NCBI RefSeq assembly: GCF_028368995.1
Contig: NZ_JAQNDL010000001.1
Span: forward strand, 2,400,001 to 2,464,000
DNA from: Nannocystis bainbridge
GTDB lineage: Bacteria; Myxococcota_A; Polyangia; Nannocystales; Nannocystaceae
DNA length: 64,000 bases
Reading direction: 5' to 3'
Numbering within the stretch: position 1 is the first letter of the stretch; every line of letters starts with the position of its first letter. Shown piece after piece: positions 10,709-19,472 of the stretch. Position numbers and translations under genes: made by a program. The notes beneath the pieces are model-generated. The model worked only from the letters and a program-made list of their open reading frames with translations, did not search any database and was not told the origin of the DNA.

Positions 10709-11191
10709 TCACGGCGCCGTCGCTGCGGGCGCGCTGGCCTGCTCGCGCCAACGCGGAGAGAAGGTTTTGATGTAACTCACCACTGCGCGCACGTCGTCGT
10801 CGCGCAGACCACCCCACGCAGGCATGCCCTTGTCGACCTTGCCGCGCTTGATGGTATTGGCGAGGTCGCCATCGGTCGGCAGTTCGTCGCCCGGTGTCGA
10901 CTTATAAAGGAAGTGCGCCGCCCGAAAGTCCCGTGCTTCGAGGTTGCGCGCCGCCGGGCCGTTGCCGCCGCCGTCGTAGCCGTGACACGAGGCGCAGTAG
11001 CGGTTGAAGAGCTTCTGCCCGTGATTGAGGGTTTCGGCCGGGATGTCGACGCCGCCCAGCCGCTGCGCCTCGGCAAACGGCGGAGGCCCCGCTTCGCAGG
11101 CCAGCAGCAGGCAGGACGCGACGAAGAGGAATCGCCGGACCGGCAATCCAGCGACCACAATCGCCGTGTTGAATTTGATGTTCAATGTCAT
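10709..11191 (-). CDS. Monoheme c-type cytochrome (lipoprotein-like)
   Basis: LLACE lipobox-like segment, CASCH, GMPAW axial Met; the true start may be slightly downstream. Confidence 0.85.
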   Translation of the reverse strand: MTLNIKFNTAIVVAGLPVRRFLFVASCLLLACEAGPPPFAEAQRLGGVDIPAETLNHGQKLFNRYCASCHGYDGGGNGPAARNLEARDFRAAHFLYKSTPGDELPTDGDLANTIKRGKVDKGMPAWGGLRDDDVRAVVSYIKTFSPRWREQASAPAATAP

Positions 11192-11210
11192 GAGTCGGAA
11201 TTGAACACCG

Positions 11211-11921
11211 TCACGGAGACCGGTTGCAGCCCCCGGACCGCTGGCGCATCTCCCGGAGGACGTGCTGCGAGCGATGGAACACCTCGTCGAGGCCCAGCTC
11301 GTCGTCGCTGCTGTAGTAGCCGCGGATGTTGCCGTCGCCGTCGATGAGCACGAGCTTGGTGGTGTGCGCGATGTCGATCATGCCCGACGGCCCCGTCCGC
11401 TTGTCCATCGCGGTGGCGAACCCGCCGACGACGAGCTTCTCCATGGCCTCGTAGGGCCCGGTGACGAAGCGCCAGCGGCTCTCGTCGGCGCCGAGGTGGC
11501 CGGCGTAGGTCTTGAGCACCGCCGGCGTGTCGGTCTCGGGGTCGACCGAGAAGCTGATCAGCTTGACGGCGTCGATGCCGTGCTGGACGTAGCGCTCCTG
11601 CAGGCCCAGCATGGCCCGCGAGATCTTCGGGCACGTGCTCGGGCACGAGGTGAAGATCAGGCCGGCCACCCACACCTGCCCGCGCATCGACTCGGGCGTG
11701 AACGGCTGGCCGTCCTGGTCGACCAGCTCGAACGCCGGCAGCTGCGACAGCACCGGCGGCGGCTCGGGCACGTGGCGGGTGCACGGGCGCATGGCGGTGA
11801 CCAGCACGAAGCCGGCCACGGTGGCGAAGTGCCACGGGTACTGCATGAACTTGCGGCGCAGCCAGCCGCCCTCGACCATGCCAGGCAGCTCGGGCTCGCG
11901 GGGCTCGGGGCCGTCGCTCAT
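11211..11921 (-). CDS. Second SCO/SenC family protein
   Basis: FTSCPSTCP, SFSVDPETDT and IAHT motifs; the ATG at 11921 overlaps the ctaB stop. Confidence 0.9.
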   Translation of the reverse strand: MSDGPEPREPELPGMVEGGWLRRKFMQYPWHFATVAGFVLVTAMRPCTRHVPEPPPVLSQLPAFELVDQDGQPFTPESMRGQVWVAGLIFTSCPSTCPKISRAMLGLQERYVQHGIDAVKLISFSVDPETDTPAVLKTYAGHLGADESRWRFVTGPYEAMEKLVVGGFATAMDKRTGPSGMIDIAHTTKLVLIDGDGNIRGYYSSDDELGLDEVFHRSQHVLREMRQRSGGCNRSP

Positions 11922-12904
11922 CGCAGCACCACGTCGAGCACGAGGCCCACGATCAGCGCCGGCAGGTAGATCAGCGAGGCGAAGAAGAACTGCCGCGCCC
12001 ACCGCATCTCGCTGGCGCGGTCGCCGAAGGCGCGCAGGCCGGTGCAGGCCCAGCCGAGGAAGCCGAGGCTGAGCAGCAGGGCGAGCGCGCAGTAGAGCGG
12101 ACCGGTGAGGCCGATCACGCTCGGCAGGATCGAGATCGGCAGCAGCAGCATCGACCACAAGAACGCCTGCACGCGCGCGGCCGACTCGCCGCGGACCACG
12201 GACACGCAGCGGATGCCGGCGCGCGCGTACTCCTGGCGGCGGAACAGCATGATCGCCAGGAAGTGCGGCATCTGCCACACCAGCAGGATCAGGAACAGGG
12301 CGATGCCGCCGAGGTCGAGCCGGCCGGTCACCGCGGTCCAGCCGAGCAGCGGCGGCGCGGCCCCCGGGAACGCGCCGATCAGCAGCGCCAGCGGCGTGCG
12401 GTACTTGAGCGGGGTGTACACCAGCACGTAGCCGACGGTGGCCCACAGCGTGAGCAGCAGGGTCAGCGGGTTGGTGAACAGCGACAGGGTCGCGACCGAG
12501 GCCAGCAGCAGCGCGGCGGCGAAGCCGAGGCCGGTCGCGGAGGACATGCGGCGGGCGGCCAGCGGGCGGTCCTTGGTGCGGGCCATCAGCGGGTCCCTCG
12601 CCCGCTCGAGCCACATGTTGAAGGCGCTGGCGGCCGCGACCGCGAGGCTGGCCCCGACCACGCCGGCGAACCCGGCGGCGAAGCCCGGCGAGCACCAGCC
12701 GTCGGCCACGGTCTCGGCCGGGAACGGCGCGTCGTCCGACTGCAGCGCCAGCCAGGCGGCGCCGGCGGCCGTCATGGCGCACATGCGGGTGACGCCGGGC
12801 TTGGTCAGCTCCCACAGGTCGCGGCCCGGGGTGTGGCGCTTGCGCTTCGGCGCGGGGATGTCCGAAGGGACATGTTCCGAAGGACTGGCGGTGTCGTGGC
12901 TCAC
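11918..12904 (-). CDS. ctaB: Protoheme IX farnesyltransferase (heme O synthase)
   Basis: ELTKP, D-x-LMARTKDRPL, YTPLK, GAFPGAAPPLLGW and WQMPHF motifs; GTG start in a GTGA overlap with the upstream stop. Confidence 0.93.
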   Translation of the reverse strand: MSHDTASPSEHVPSDIPAPKRKRHTPGRDLWELTKPGVTRMCAMTAAGAAWLALQSDDAPFPAETVADGWCSPGFAAGFAGVVGASLAVAAASAFNMWLERARDPLMARTKDRPLAARRMSSATGLGFAAALLLASVATLSLFTNPLTLLLTLWATVGYVLVYTPLKYRTPLALLIGAFPGAAPPLLGWTAVTGRLDLGGIALFLILLVWQMPHFLAIMLFRRQEYARAGIRCVSVVRGESAARVQAFLWSMLLLPISILPSVIGLTGPLYCALALLLSLGFLGWACTGLRAFGDRASEMRWARQFFFASLIYLPALIVGLVLDVVLR

Positions 12905-13389
12905 AGTTGCACCGCCTTGCCCTCGTTGCGGCAGAAGCTGTCGAACGCGCGGTAGGCGTCGGCGCAGGCGCAGTCCTTGGTCCGCTTGCACTGGGTGCCG
13001 CGCTCCTTGCAGGTGAGGAACACCCACTTGCCGTCCATGCTCTCGCTGGCGGGCAGCTTGGCGCAGCCCTCCTTGCGGTCCTGGCTCTTGAGACAGTGGA
13101 AGATGGCCTGCTTGACGCCGTGGTTGCACATCACCGCGGTCGCGTCGCACTGCTTGTGCCAGGCGATGACGGCGTCGATGCAGCCCTCGGCGTCGAGCGA
13201 CTTGCCCTTCTCTTCCATCACCGGGAACACCGCCTGGACCACGCGCTCGCCGTGCACGTAGGCCCGGTGCATCTGCCAGGTCATCAGGCCGCCGAGCGCG
13301 AAGATGCCGATCATCACGGTGCGCAGGCTGAGGCCTCGCGACTGCGTCTCCGGCCGCGGAGGACCGGCAGAAGGGTCAGGGCTTGTCAC
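12901..13389 (-). CDS. Hypothetical single-TM protein with 10 Cys in the soluble domain
   Basis: Good GC3 codon pattern; stop overlaps the ctaB start; start (GTG 13389) uncertain. Confidence 0.7.
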   Translation of the reverse strand: MTSPDPSAGPPRPETQSRGLSLRTVMIGIFALGGLMTWQMHRAYVHGERVVQAVFPVMEEKGKSLDAEGCIDAVIAWHKQCDATAVMCNHGVKQAIFHCLKSQDRKEGCAKLPASESMDGKWVFLTCKERGTQCKRTKDCACADAYRAFDSFCRNEGKAVQL

Positions 13390-13501
13390 GGGCGCGACGC
13401 TAGCCGCCGAGGCCGGGGCGGTCAACGGCGCGGCGACCGGCGGTCGCACCCTCCGGGCACGCCGTCCGGCGCCCGTGTGGATCCTCCTATGTCCCCGTGC
13501 T

Positions 13502-14446
13502 ATGCGGCGTGGCGCGATGCTCGGACATTTCTGGACGATCGGGCCCAACCTGCGACACCGCCTGCTGCCCCACGCGGCGCCGGCGGCGACGCCGTGGTCC
13601 ACGACCTTGCAGGACCGTCGGGTCGGCGAGGTGCGCCTCACCGGGGCGCTCGCCCGCCTGCCCGGCGCGCAGGAGCTGGTGGTCCTGGTCCACGGGCTCG
13701 GCGGGGCGATCGACAGTTCGTACGTCATCAAGGCGGCGCGGGCGGCCGCGGCGGTCGGGCTCGACAGCCTGCGCCTGTCGCTCCGCGGCGCCGACCGCAG
13801 CGGCGAGGACTTCTATCACGCGGGCCTCGTCGACGACCTCACCGCGGCGCTGCAGAGCCCTGCGCTCGCCGACTACGCCCGCGTGTACGTGATCGGCTTC
13901 TCGCTCGGCGGACACATGACCTTGCGCTGGGCGATGACACCGAGCGACCCGCGCGTGCGGGCGGTCGCCAGCGTGTGCGCCCCGCTCGACCTGGCGGCCG
14001 GCTGCGCCGCGATCGACCACCCACGCGCCGCCCTGTACCGCGGCCACGTGCTGGCCGGCCTGCGCGAGATCTACGCCGCCGTCGCCGCCCGCAGGCCGGT
14101 GCCGACGCCGCTGCCGCTGATCCACACGATAAAGACCATCCGCGCGTGGGACCGCCTCGCGGTCGTGCCGCGCCACGGCTTCTGCAGCGTCGACGACTAC
14201 TACGCCAGCGAGAGCGCCGGCCCGCGGCTGCGCGCCCTCGCGCTGCCCACCCTCATCGTCGCCGCGCACGGCGACCCGATGATCCCCGCGGCCACGGTCG
14301 CGCCCCACCTCCACGACCTCCCCGAGCACGTCAGCGCGCGGTGGGTCCCCGGCGGCCACGTCGGCTTCCGCGCCGGCCTCGATCTCGGCATGGGCGACGC
14401 GCCGGGCCTGGAGCCGCAAGTCCTGGCCTGGTTGCGCCGCCAGTGA
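13502..14446 (+). CDS. YheT-like alpha/beta hydrolase
   Basis: LVHGLGG, FYHAG, GFSLGG nucleophile elbow, DPMIP and GGHVGF; start at 13502 or 13517. Confidence 0.88.
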   Translation: MRRGAMLGHFWTIGPNLRHRLLPHAAPAATPWSTTLQDRRVGEVRLTGALARLPGAQELVVLVHGLGGAIDSSYVIKAARAAAAVGLDSLRLSLRGADRSGEDFYHAGLVDDLTAALQSPALADYARVYVIGFSLGGHMTLRWAMTPSDPRVRAVASVCAPLDLAAGCAAIDHPRAALYRGHVLAGLREIYAAVAARRPVPTPLPLIHTIKTIRAWDRLAVVPRHGFCSVDDYYASESAGPRLRALALPTLIVAAHGDPMIPAATVAPHLHDLPEHVSARWVPGGHVGFRAGLDLGMGDAPGLEPQVLAWLRRQ

Positions 14447-14452
14447 GCGACT

Positions 14453-16153
14453 ATGCTGCGGGCCGCCGTGCCGCCCGCCCCGCCGCATCCTGGCCCGTCT
14501 GGAGCCCGATCCGCCGGGGCAGCGGGGCCGCTCGAAGCCGCTTCGAACATGCCCCTCGGGACAGGTCCTGAGGGCCAGGCAGGACCGTCCGGGGCGACTT
14601 CCTCACCCATGTCCCTCGGGACAGGTCCCGGAGGACAGGCCGGTCCGCCCGCGAACATGTCCCTCAGAGCAGGTCCTCGAGGACAGGCCGGTTCGGCCTC
14701 GTCTTCCAACCTGTCTTTCAGGGCAGGTCCAAGAGAGTCGAGGCTCGCCCCTTCCGCCTCGGCCTCCAACATGTCTCTCGGGGCAGGTTCCAGCGCTCGC
14801 GCCCCGCGCCCGCCCGACCTGCTCGCCCCGCACCTGCCGCGCGAGACCGAGCCCGCGGGGCCGCCCGACCTGCTCGCCCCGCACCTGCCGCCGGTGACCC
14901 GCCAGCTGAGCCTGCGCCCGCCCGACCTGCTGCCGCCGGGCGCCGGTCCCGGGCCCGTGCCGCCGGCCGCCCCGCTGTCGGCGCAGTGCCCGGCCTGCAG
15001 CCTGCACGCGCTGGTCGCGGTCCACCTGCGCCGGGCCGCGGGCGGGCGCTGGCGGCAGCTCGGCGCCCGCGAGCGACCTGTCCCCGAGGACCTGACCCTC
15101 GATACATGTCCGGTGTGCTTCGGGGTGTGGCTCGACCACGGCGAGCTCGACCAGCTCGGCGACGCCGAGGTCGACCCTGCCTTCCTCAAGACCGTGGTCG
15201 GTCGCTCGGCCGGCCGCATGTGCCCGCGCGGCCACGGCTTCATGAACGAGCACCTGCTCCCGGGCATGCTCCGGACCCCCGTCGACCGCTGCCCGCGCTG
15301 CCGCGGGATCTGGCTCGACGGCGACGAGCGCCACGCCCTCGCCCGCTCGACCACCCCGTCCGGCCAGGAGGACCCCAAGGTCCTGCTGGCCAAGCGCGGC
15401 GTCCAGTGGGCCGCCCAGGTCCTGACCCAGCTGCCGATCGAGGTCGACAACCCGCGGCGAGGGATCCCCTGGGTCGTGCTCGGCCTCGGCGCCCTGCTGC
15501 TCGGCTGCTACGTCGCCTCGGTGCTCGGCCTCGTCTACGCCCGCGAGTACGCGCTGGTGGCCGGCAAGGTGCTCGCCGAGCCGGCGCGCATCTACACCGT
15601 CCTCACGCACACGCTGTTCCACGCCGACTGGTTCCACCTGCTGTTCAACCTCTACTTCCTGTACGTGTTCGGCAGGAACGTCGAGCACGTGTTCGGCCGC
15701 CGGCGCTTCCTCATCCTGTACTTCGGGGCAGGTGTGTTCGGCGGGCTGCTGCAGCTGGTCCTGACCCGCGCCACCGGCACGCCGGTGATCGGCGCCTCGG
15801 GGGCGATCGCCGGGGTGTGCGGCGCCTACCTGGTGACCTTCCCGCGCGCGCGGCTGCTGCATACGCTGCCGCTCGTGTACGTGCCGCTGAAGATCCCGGC
15901 GTGGATCTACCTCGGGGCGTGGATCGGCTTCCAGGCGGCGATGGCGGCCCTGTCCGACGCGCAGGAGTTCGCGTGGTCCTCCCACCTCGGCGGCTTCGCG
16001 CTCGGGGCCGCGCTCGCGCTGCCGGTGCTGCGCAGCGTCCGGCGCGAGGTCGGCGAGGCGGTGCGGGTCAAGTCGGCGGCGGCGATCTTCGGCAAGGTGC
16101 CGCGCCGGCGCGGGCCGCCGATCGTGGTCCAGCCGGTCCGGAGGTCGCCGTGA
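14453..16153 (+). CDS. Rhomboid intramembrane serine protease with TFIIB-type Zn-ribbon domains and a repeat-derived N-terminal extension
   Basis: CPAC..CPVCFGVWLDHGEL and CPRG..CPRCRGIWLD Zn ribbons; rhomboid motifs HADWFHLLFN, GASGA and HLGG. The true start is uncertain. Confidence 0.85.
   Translation: MLRAAVPPAPPHPGPSGARSAGAAGPLEAASNMPLGTGPEGQAGPSGATSSPMSLGTGPGGQAGPPANMSLRAGPRGQAGSASSSNLSFRAGPRESRLAPSASASNMSLGAGSSARAPRPPDLLAPHLPRETEPAGPPDLLAPHLPPVTRQLSLRPPDLLPPGAGPGPVPPAAPLSAQCPACSLHALVAVHLRRAAGGRWRQLGARERPVPEDLTLDTCPVCFGVWLDHGELDQLGDAEVDPAFLKTVVGRSAGRMCPRGHGFMNEHLLPGMLRTPVDRCPRCRGIWLDGDERHALARSTTPSGQEDPKVLLAKRGVQWAAQVLTQLPIEVDNPRRGIPWVVLGLGALLLGCYVASVLGLVYAREYALVAGKVLAEPARIYTVLTHTLFHADWFHLLFNLYFLYVFGRNVEHVFGRRRFLILYFGAGVFGGLLQLVLTRATGTPVIGASGAIAGVCGAYLVTFPRARLLHTLPLVYVPLKIPAWIYLGAWIGFQAAMAALSDAQEFAWSSHLGGFALGAALALPVLRSVRREVGEAVRVKSAAAIFGKVPRRRGPPIVVQPVRRSP
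14545..14792. repeat. Five degenerate copies of a 48-60 bp unit made of 14-bp-phased CATG/CAGG decamers, encoding (N/P)MSLG(T/A)GP.GQAG
   Basis: Cores at 14548/14562/14576, 14608/14622/14636, 14656/14670/14684, 14710/14724 and 14770/14784. Confidence 0.85.
14810..14937 (+). repeat. Direct repeat CCGCCCGACCTGCTCGCCCCGCACCTGCCG (PPDLLAPHLP) x2 plus a partial third copy
   Basis: Copies start at 14810, 14861 and 14918 (partial). Confidence 0.85.
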
Positions 16154-19100
16154 GCGAGACCTCGAGCCAGGACGAGGCGCCGACCCGGCTCGCGGTCACC
16201 GTCGCCGGCGAAGTCGACGAGCAGACCGCGTCCTCGTCGCCGGCCGAGCACGAGGCGCGACGGCTGCTCGCCGCCATGCCCGCGCGGCTCGGCCGCTACC
16301 GCCTGCTCGAGCGGCTCGGCAGCGGGGCGATGGGGGTGGTCTACGCGGCCCGCGACGAGGCGCTGGCGCGCAAGGTCGCGCTCAAGGTGCTGCTGCGCGG
16401 GAGCACGGCCGACCCGCACGCGCTCCACCGCTTGACCCGCGAGGCCCAGGCGATGGCCCGCATCGCCCACCCCAATGTGGTCGTGGTCCACGAGGTCGGC
16501 GAGAGCGACGGCCTGCTGTTCGTCGCCATGGAGATGGTCGACGGGGTCACGCTCGACCAGTGGTGCCGCCCGCTCGGCGGTCCGCGGCCGGACTGGCGGG
16601 CCCGCCTCGACATGTTCCTTCAGGCAGGTCGGGGCCTGGCCGCCGCCCATGAGGTCGGCCTGGTCCACCGCGACTTCAAGCCCAGCAACGTGCTCGTCGA
16701 CGCCCGCGGGCGCGCGCGCGTGCTCGACTTCGGGCTCGCGCGCATCGACGGCGAGCGGGTCGAGGCCGGGGCCTCGATCGTCGCCCGCGGCTCGTTCGAC
16801 GTCGAGCTGACGCGCAGCGGCACCATGCTCGGCACGCCGGCCTACATGCCGCCGGAGCAGTTCGAGGGCCGCCCGGCGACCGCGGTGAGCGACCAGTTCA
16901 GCTTCTGCGTCGCGCTCTACGAGACGCTCGCCGGGGTGCGACCGTTCGCCGGGCGCACCCCGTACGCGCTGCTGCAGACCATCCGCAGCGGCCAGGTCCG
17001 CCCGCCCCCGCGCGATGTCGAGGCGCACGCGGCGTTGTTCACGATCCTCCGCCGCGGCCTCGCCGTCGACCCGGCCCGCCGCTGGCCCGACATGCCGTCG
17101 CTGCTGCACGCGCTCGAGCGGGTGGTGCGGCCGCGGCAGGTGCGACGGGCCACGGTCGCGCTCGGCGTCGCCGCGGCGCTGGCCGGCGGGTTCGGCATCG
17201 CGGCGCTGTCGCTGCGCGGCGAGGCGCCGTGCGCCGCGATCCCGGAGCGCATGGTCGGGGTCGCCGACCCGGGCCGGCGCGCCGAGGTCCACGCGGCGCT
17301 GCTGGCCTCGGGCAAGCCCTACGCGGGTGCTCTGGCCGCCAGCGTCGACGCGGCGCTGACCGACTACGCCGCGGCGTGGACGCGGGTCGCGGTCGAGAAC
17401 TGCGAAGCGACCCGGGTCGTCGGGGACCAGAGCGAGCCGATGCTCGACCTGCGCGCCGCCTGCCTCGACCGTCGGCTCGCCGGCCTCGGCAACGCCGTCG
17501 AGCAATTGCTCGTGCCAGGTCCGCAGGCCTCGCAGCGGGCCCTCGACCTCGTCGACGGCCTCGAGCCGCTAGCCCCCTGCTCCGACCGCGAGCGCCTCGG
17601 CGCCGTCCCGCCGCCGACCGACCCCGAGGCCCGCGCCCGCCTGGCCGCCGTCGAGCGCGACCGCGCCAGCGCAGCGACGCTGCGGGCCGCCGGGCGCGAC
17701 AAGGAGGCGCTGGTGGTCGCCGAGGCCAGCCGCGCCGCCGCAGCGGACCTCGGCTTCGCGCCGGCGCTGGCCGAGGCGGCGCTGGCCGTGTCGCGCCTCG
17801 AGCTCGAGCTCGGCCAGCACGAGAACGCCGCCGCGCACCTGGCCGAGGCGACCACCGCGGCCGCGATCGCCGGCCGCGACGACCTGCTGGTCGACGCCTG
17901 GCTGGCGGCGATCTGGCAGCACAGCGTGCGCGGCGCCTCGCCCGACGTCACCGCGACGCTGATCCGCACCGCCGAGGTCGCGCTGGCCCGCGCGCGCGAG
18001 ACCCCGCGGCTGGCGGTGCTGTTCCACAGCACGGTCGCCCACGCCTACCAGCGGCTGTCGATGCCCGACCGCGCGAGCGCCCACTACGAGGCCGCGCTGG
18101 CCCTGCTCGACGCGCCGGAGATCAGCGAGATCCAGCGCCTGCGGGTCCGCCTCAACCGCGCCACCCACCTGGTCGAGACCGACGGCGGCGAGCTGGCCGA
18201 GAGCACCCTGCAGGCCGTGCTCGCCGACTTCGAGCGCCTGCTCGGGGTCGGCCACCCGCTGACCTCGAACGTGATCTACACCCTCGCCAACCTGGCCGAA
18301 AAGCAAGGTCACATCGAGCGCGCGCTGGCCGAGTTCGAGAGGGCGCGCGCGATCAAGCTGGCCGAGCACGGCCCCGACCACCCGGGCACGATGCTGGCCG
18401 ACGAGCGGATCGCGTCGGTGCTCGAGCAGCTCGGGCGCGAGGACGAGGCGCTGCGGATCTACGACGACCTGCTGGTCCGCACCCGCGCGCGCGACGGCGA
18501 CCGCAGCACCACCGTCGCCCGCCTGCTCAACAACTCGGTCACCCTGCTGGTCACGCGCGGCGCCCTCGACCTCGCCCACGCGCGCGCCAGCGAGGCGCTG
18601 GCGATCGACAGCGCCTTGCTCGGGGACGACCACGCCGACGTGGCGATCAAGCGGGTCAACCTCGCCGAGGTGCTGTCGACCCGCGGCGAGCACGACGAGG
18701 CCGTGGCCCAGCTCGAGCGGGCGCGCGTGGTGTTCTCGCGCACCCTCGGGCCGGCGCACGAGTTCGTGGCGATCACCTGGAGCGCCGCCGGCATGTCGCT
18801 GTCGGCGCTCGGCCGCCACGCGGACGCCCTCACCGCCTTCACCAAGGCCCGCGCGCTGCTGGTCGACAAGTTCGGCGCCGACTACCCCGACCTGCCGACC
18901 CTCGACCTCGCGTTCGGCGAGGCGCTGATCGCCGCCGGGCAATTCGACGAGGGTCTGCAGCGGGTCCGCGACGGCGCCGAGCGGATCGGCGCGCTCCTGG
19001 GGCCGACCAGCGCCGCGGCCCTGCTCGCCCGCGGCCAGCTCGGCAATTGCTTCCTGCGGGCCCGCCGGCTCGATCGCGCCGTCGCCACGCTCGAGGCCGC

Positions 19101-19299
19101 CGTGCGCGACGCCGAGGCCGCCGAGCTCGACGCCCACGATCTCGCCGTGCTGCGCCTCGGCCTGGCGGAGGCGCTCGCGGCTCGTGGCGACCGCGAGCGC
19201 GTGCGGGCTCTCGCCGGGCCCCTCGCGACCTCGCTGGCCGCCGACGACCCGCTGCGCGCCGCGGCCGAGCGCCTGCTCGCCGGCCCGCGCCCGCGCTGA
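16150..19299 (+). CDS. Hanks-type Ser/Thr kinase with TM segment and C-terminal TPR repeats
   Basis: LGSGAMG, VALK, HRDFKPSN, DFG and GTPAYMPPE; kinesin-light-chain-like TPRs (HP..A...NLA); GTG 16150 overlaps the rhomboid stop. Confidence 0.92.
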   Translation: MSETSSQDEAPTRLAVTVAGEVDEQTASSSPAEHEARRLLAAMPARLGRYRLLERLGSGAMGVVYAARDEALARKVALKVLLRGSTADPHALHRLTREAQAMARIAHPNVVVVHEVGESDGLLFVAMEMVDGVTLDQWCRPLGGPRPDWRARLDMFLQAGRGLAAAHEVGLVHRDFKPSNVLVDARGRARVLDFGLARIDGERVEAGASIVARGSFDVELTRSGTMLGTPAYMPPEQFEGRPATAVSDQFSFCVALYETLAGVRPFAGRTPYALLQTIRSGQVRPPPRDVEAHAALFTILRRGLAVDPARRWPDMPSLLHALERVVRPRQVRRATVALGVAAALAGGFGIAALSLRGEAPCAAIPERMVGVADPGRRAEVHAALLASGKPYAGALAASVDAALTDYAAAWTRVAVENCEATRVVGDQSEPMLDLRAACLDRRLAGLGNAVEQLLVPGPQASQRALDLVDGLEPLAPCSDRERLGAVPPPTDPEARARLAAVERDRASAATLRAAGRDKEALVVAEASRAAAADLGFAPALAEAALAVSRLELELGQHENAAAHLAEATTAAAIAGRDDLLVDAWLAAIWQHSVRGASPDVTATLIRTAEVALARARETPRLAVLFHSTVAHAYQRLSMPDRASAHYEAALALLDAPEISEIQRLRVRLNRATHLVETDGGELAESTLQAVLADFERLLGVGHPLTSNVIYTLANLAEKQGHIERALAEFERARAIKLAEHGPDHPGTMLADERIASVLEQLGREDEALRIYDDLLVRTRARDGDRSTTVARLLNNSVTLLVTRGALDLAHARASEALAIDSALLGDDHADVAIKRVNLAEVLSTRGEHDEAVAQLERARVVFSRTLGPAHEFVAITWSAAGMSLSALGRHADALTAFTKARALLVDKFGADYPDLPTLDLAFGEALIAAGQFDEGLQRVRDGAERIGALLGPTSAAALLARGQLGNCFLRARRLDRAVATLEAAVRDAEAAELDAHDLAVLRLGLAEALAARGDRERVRALAGPLATSLAADDPLRAAAERLLAGPRPR

Positions 19300-19472
19300 G
19301 CCGGCGGAACACTGTCATGCGCCCGCGAGGTCGGCGAGCGACATGTCCCCTGTGACATGTCCAAAGAGTCATGAACTCTCGCGGCGCCCGTGTCTCGCCT
19401 GGAGCCGGCGCCGGCCCGCTTCTGGCGCTCCGGCCCAACCCGTGCGACCCTGCCACCGTGAACAATAGACTT

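Noticed and set aside
19339-19375. Resemblance of the decamer to the eukaryotic p53 half-site RRRCWWGYYY
   Set aside because: Coincidental sequence similarity; the context is bacterial and the spacer is a fixed 4 bp.
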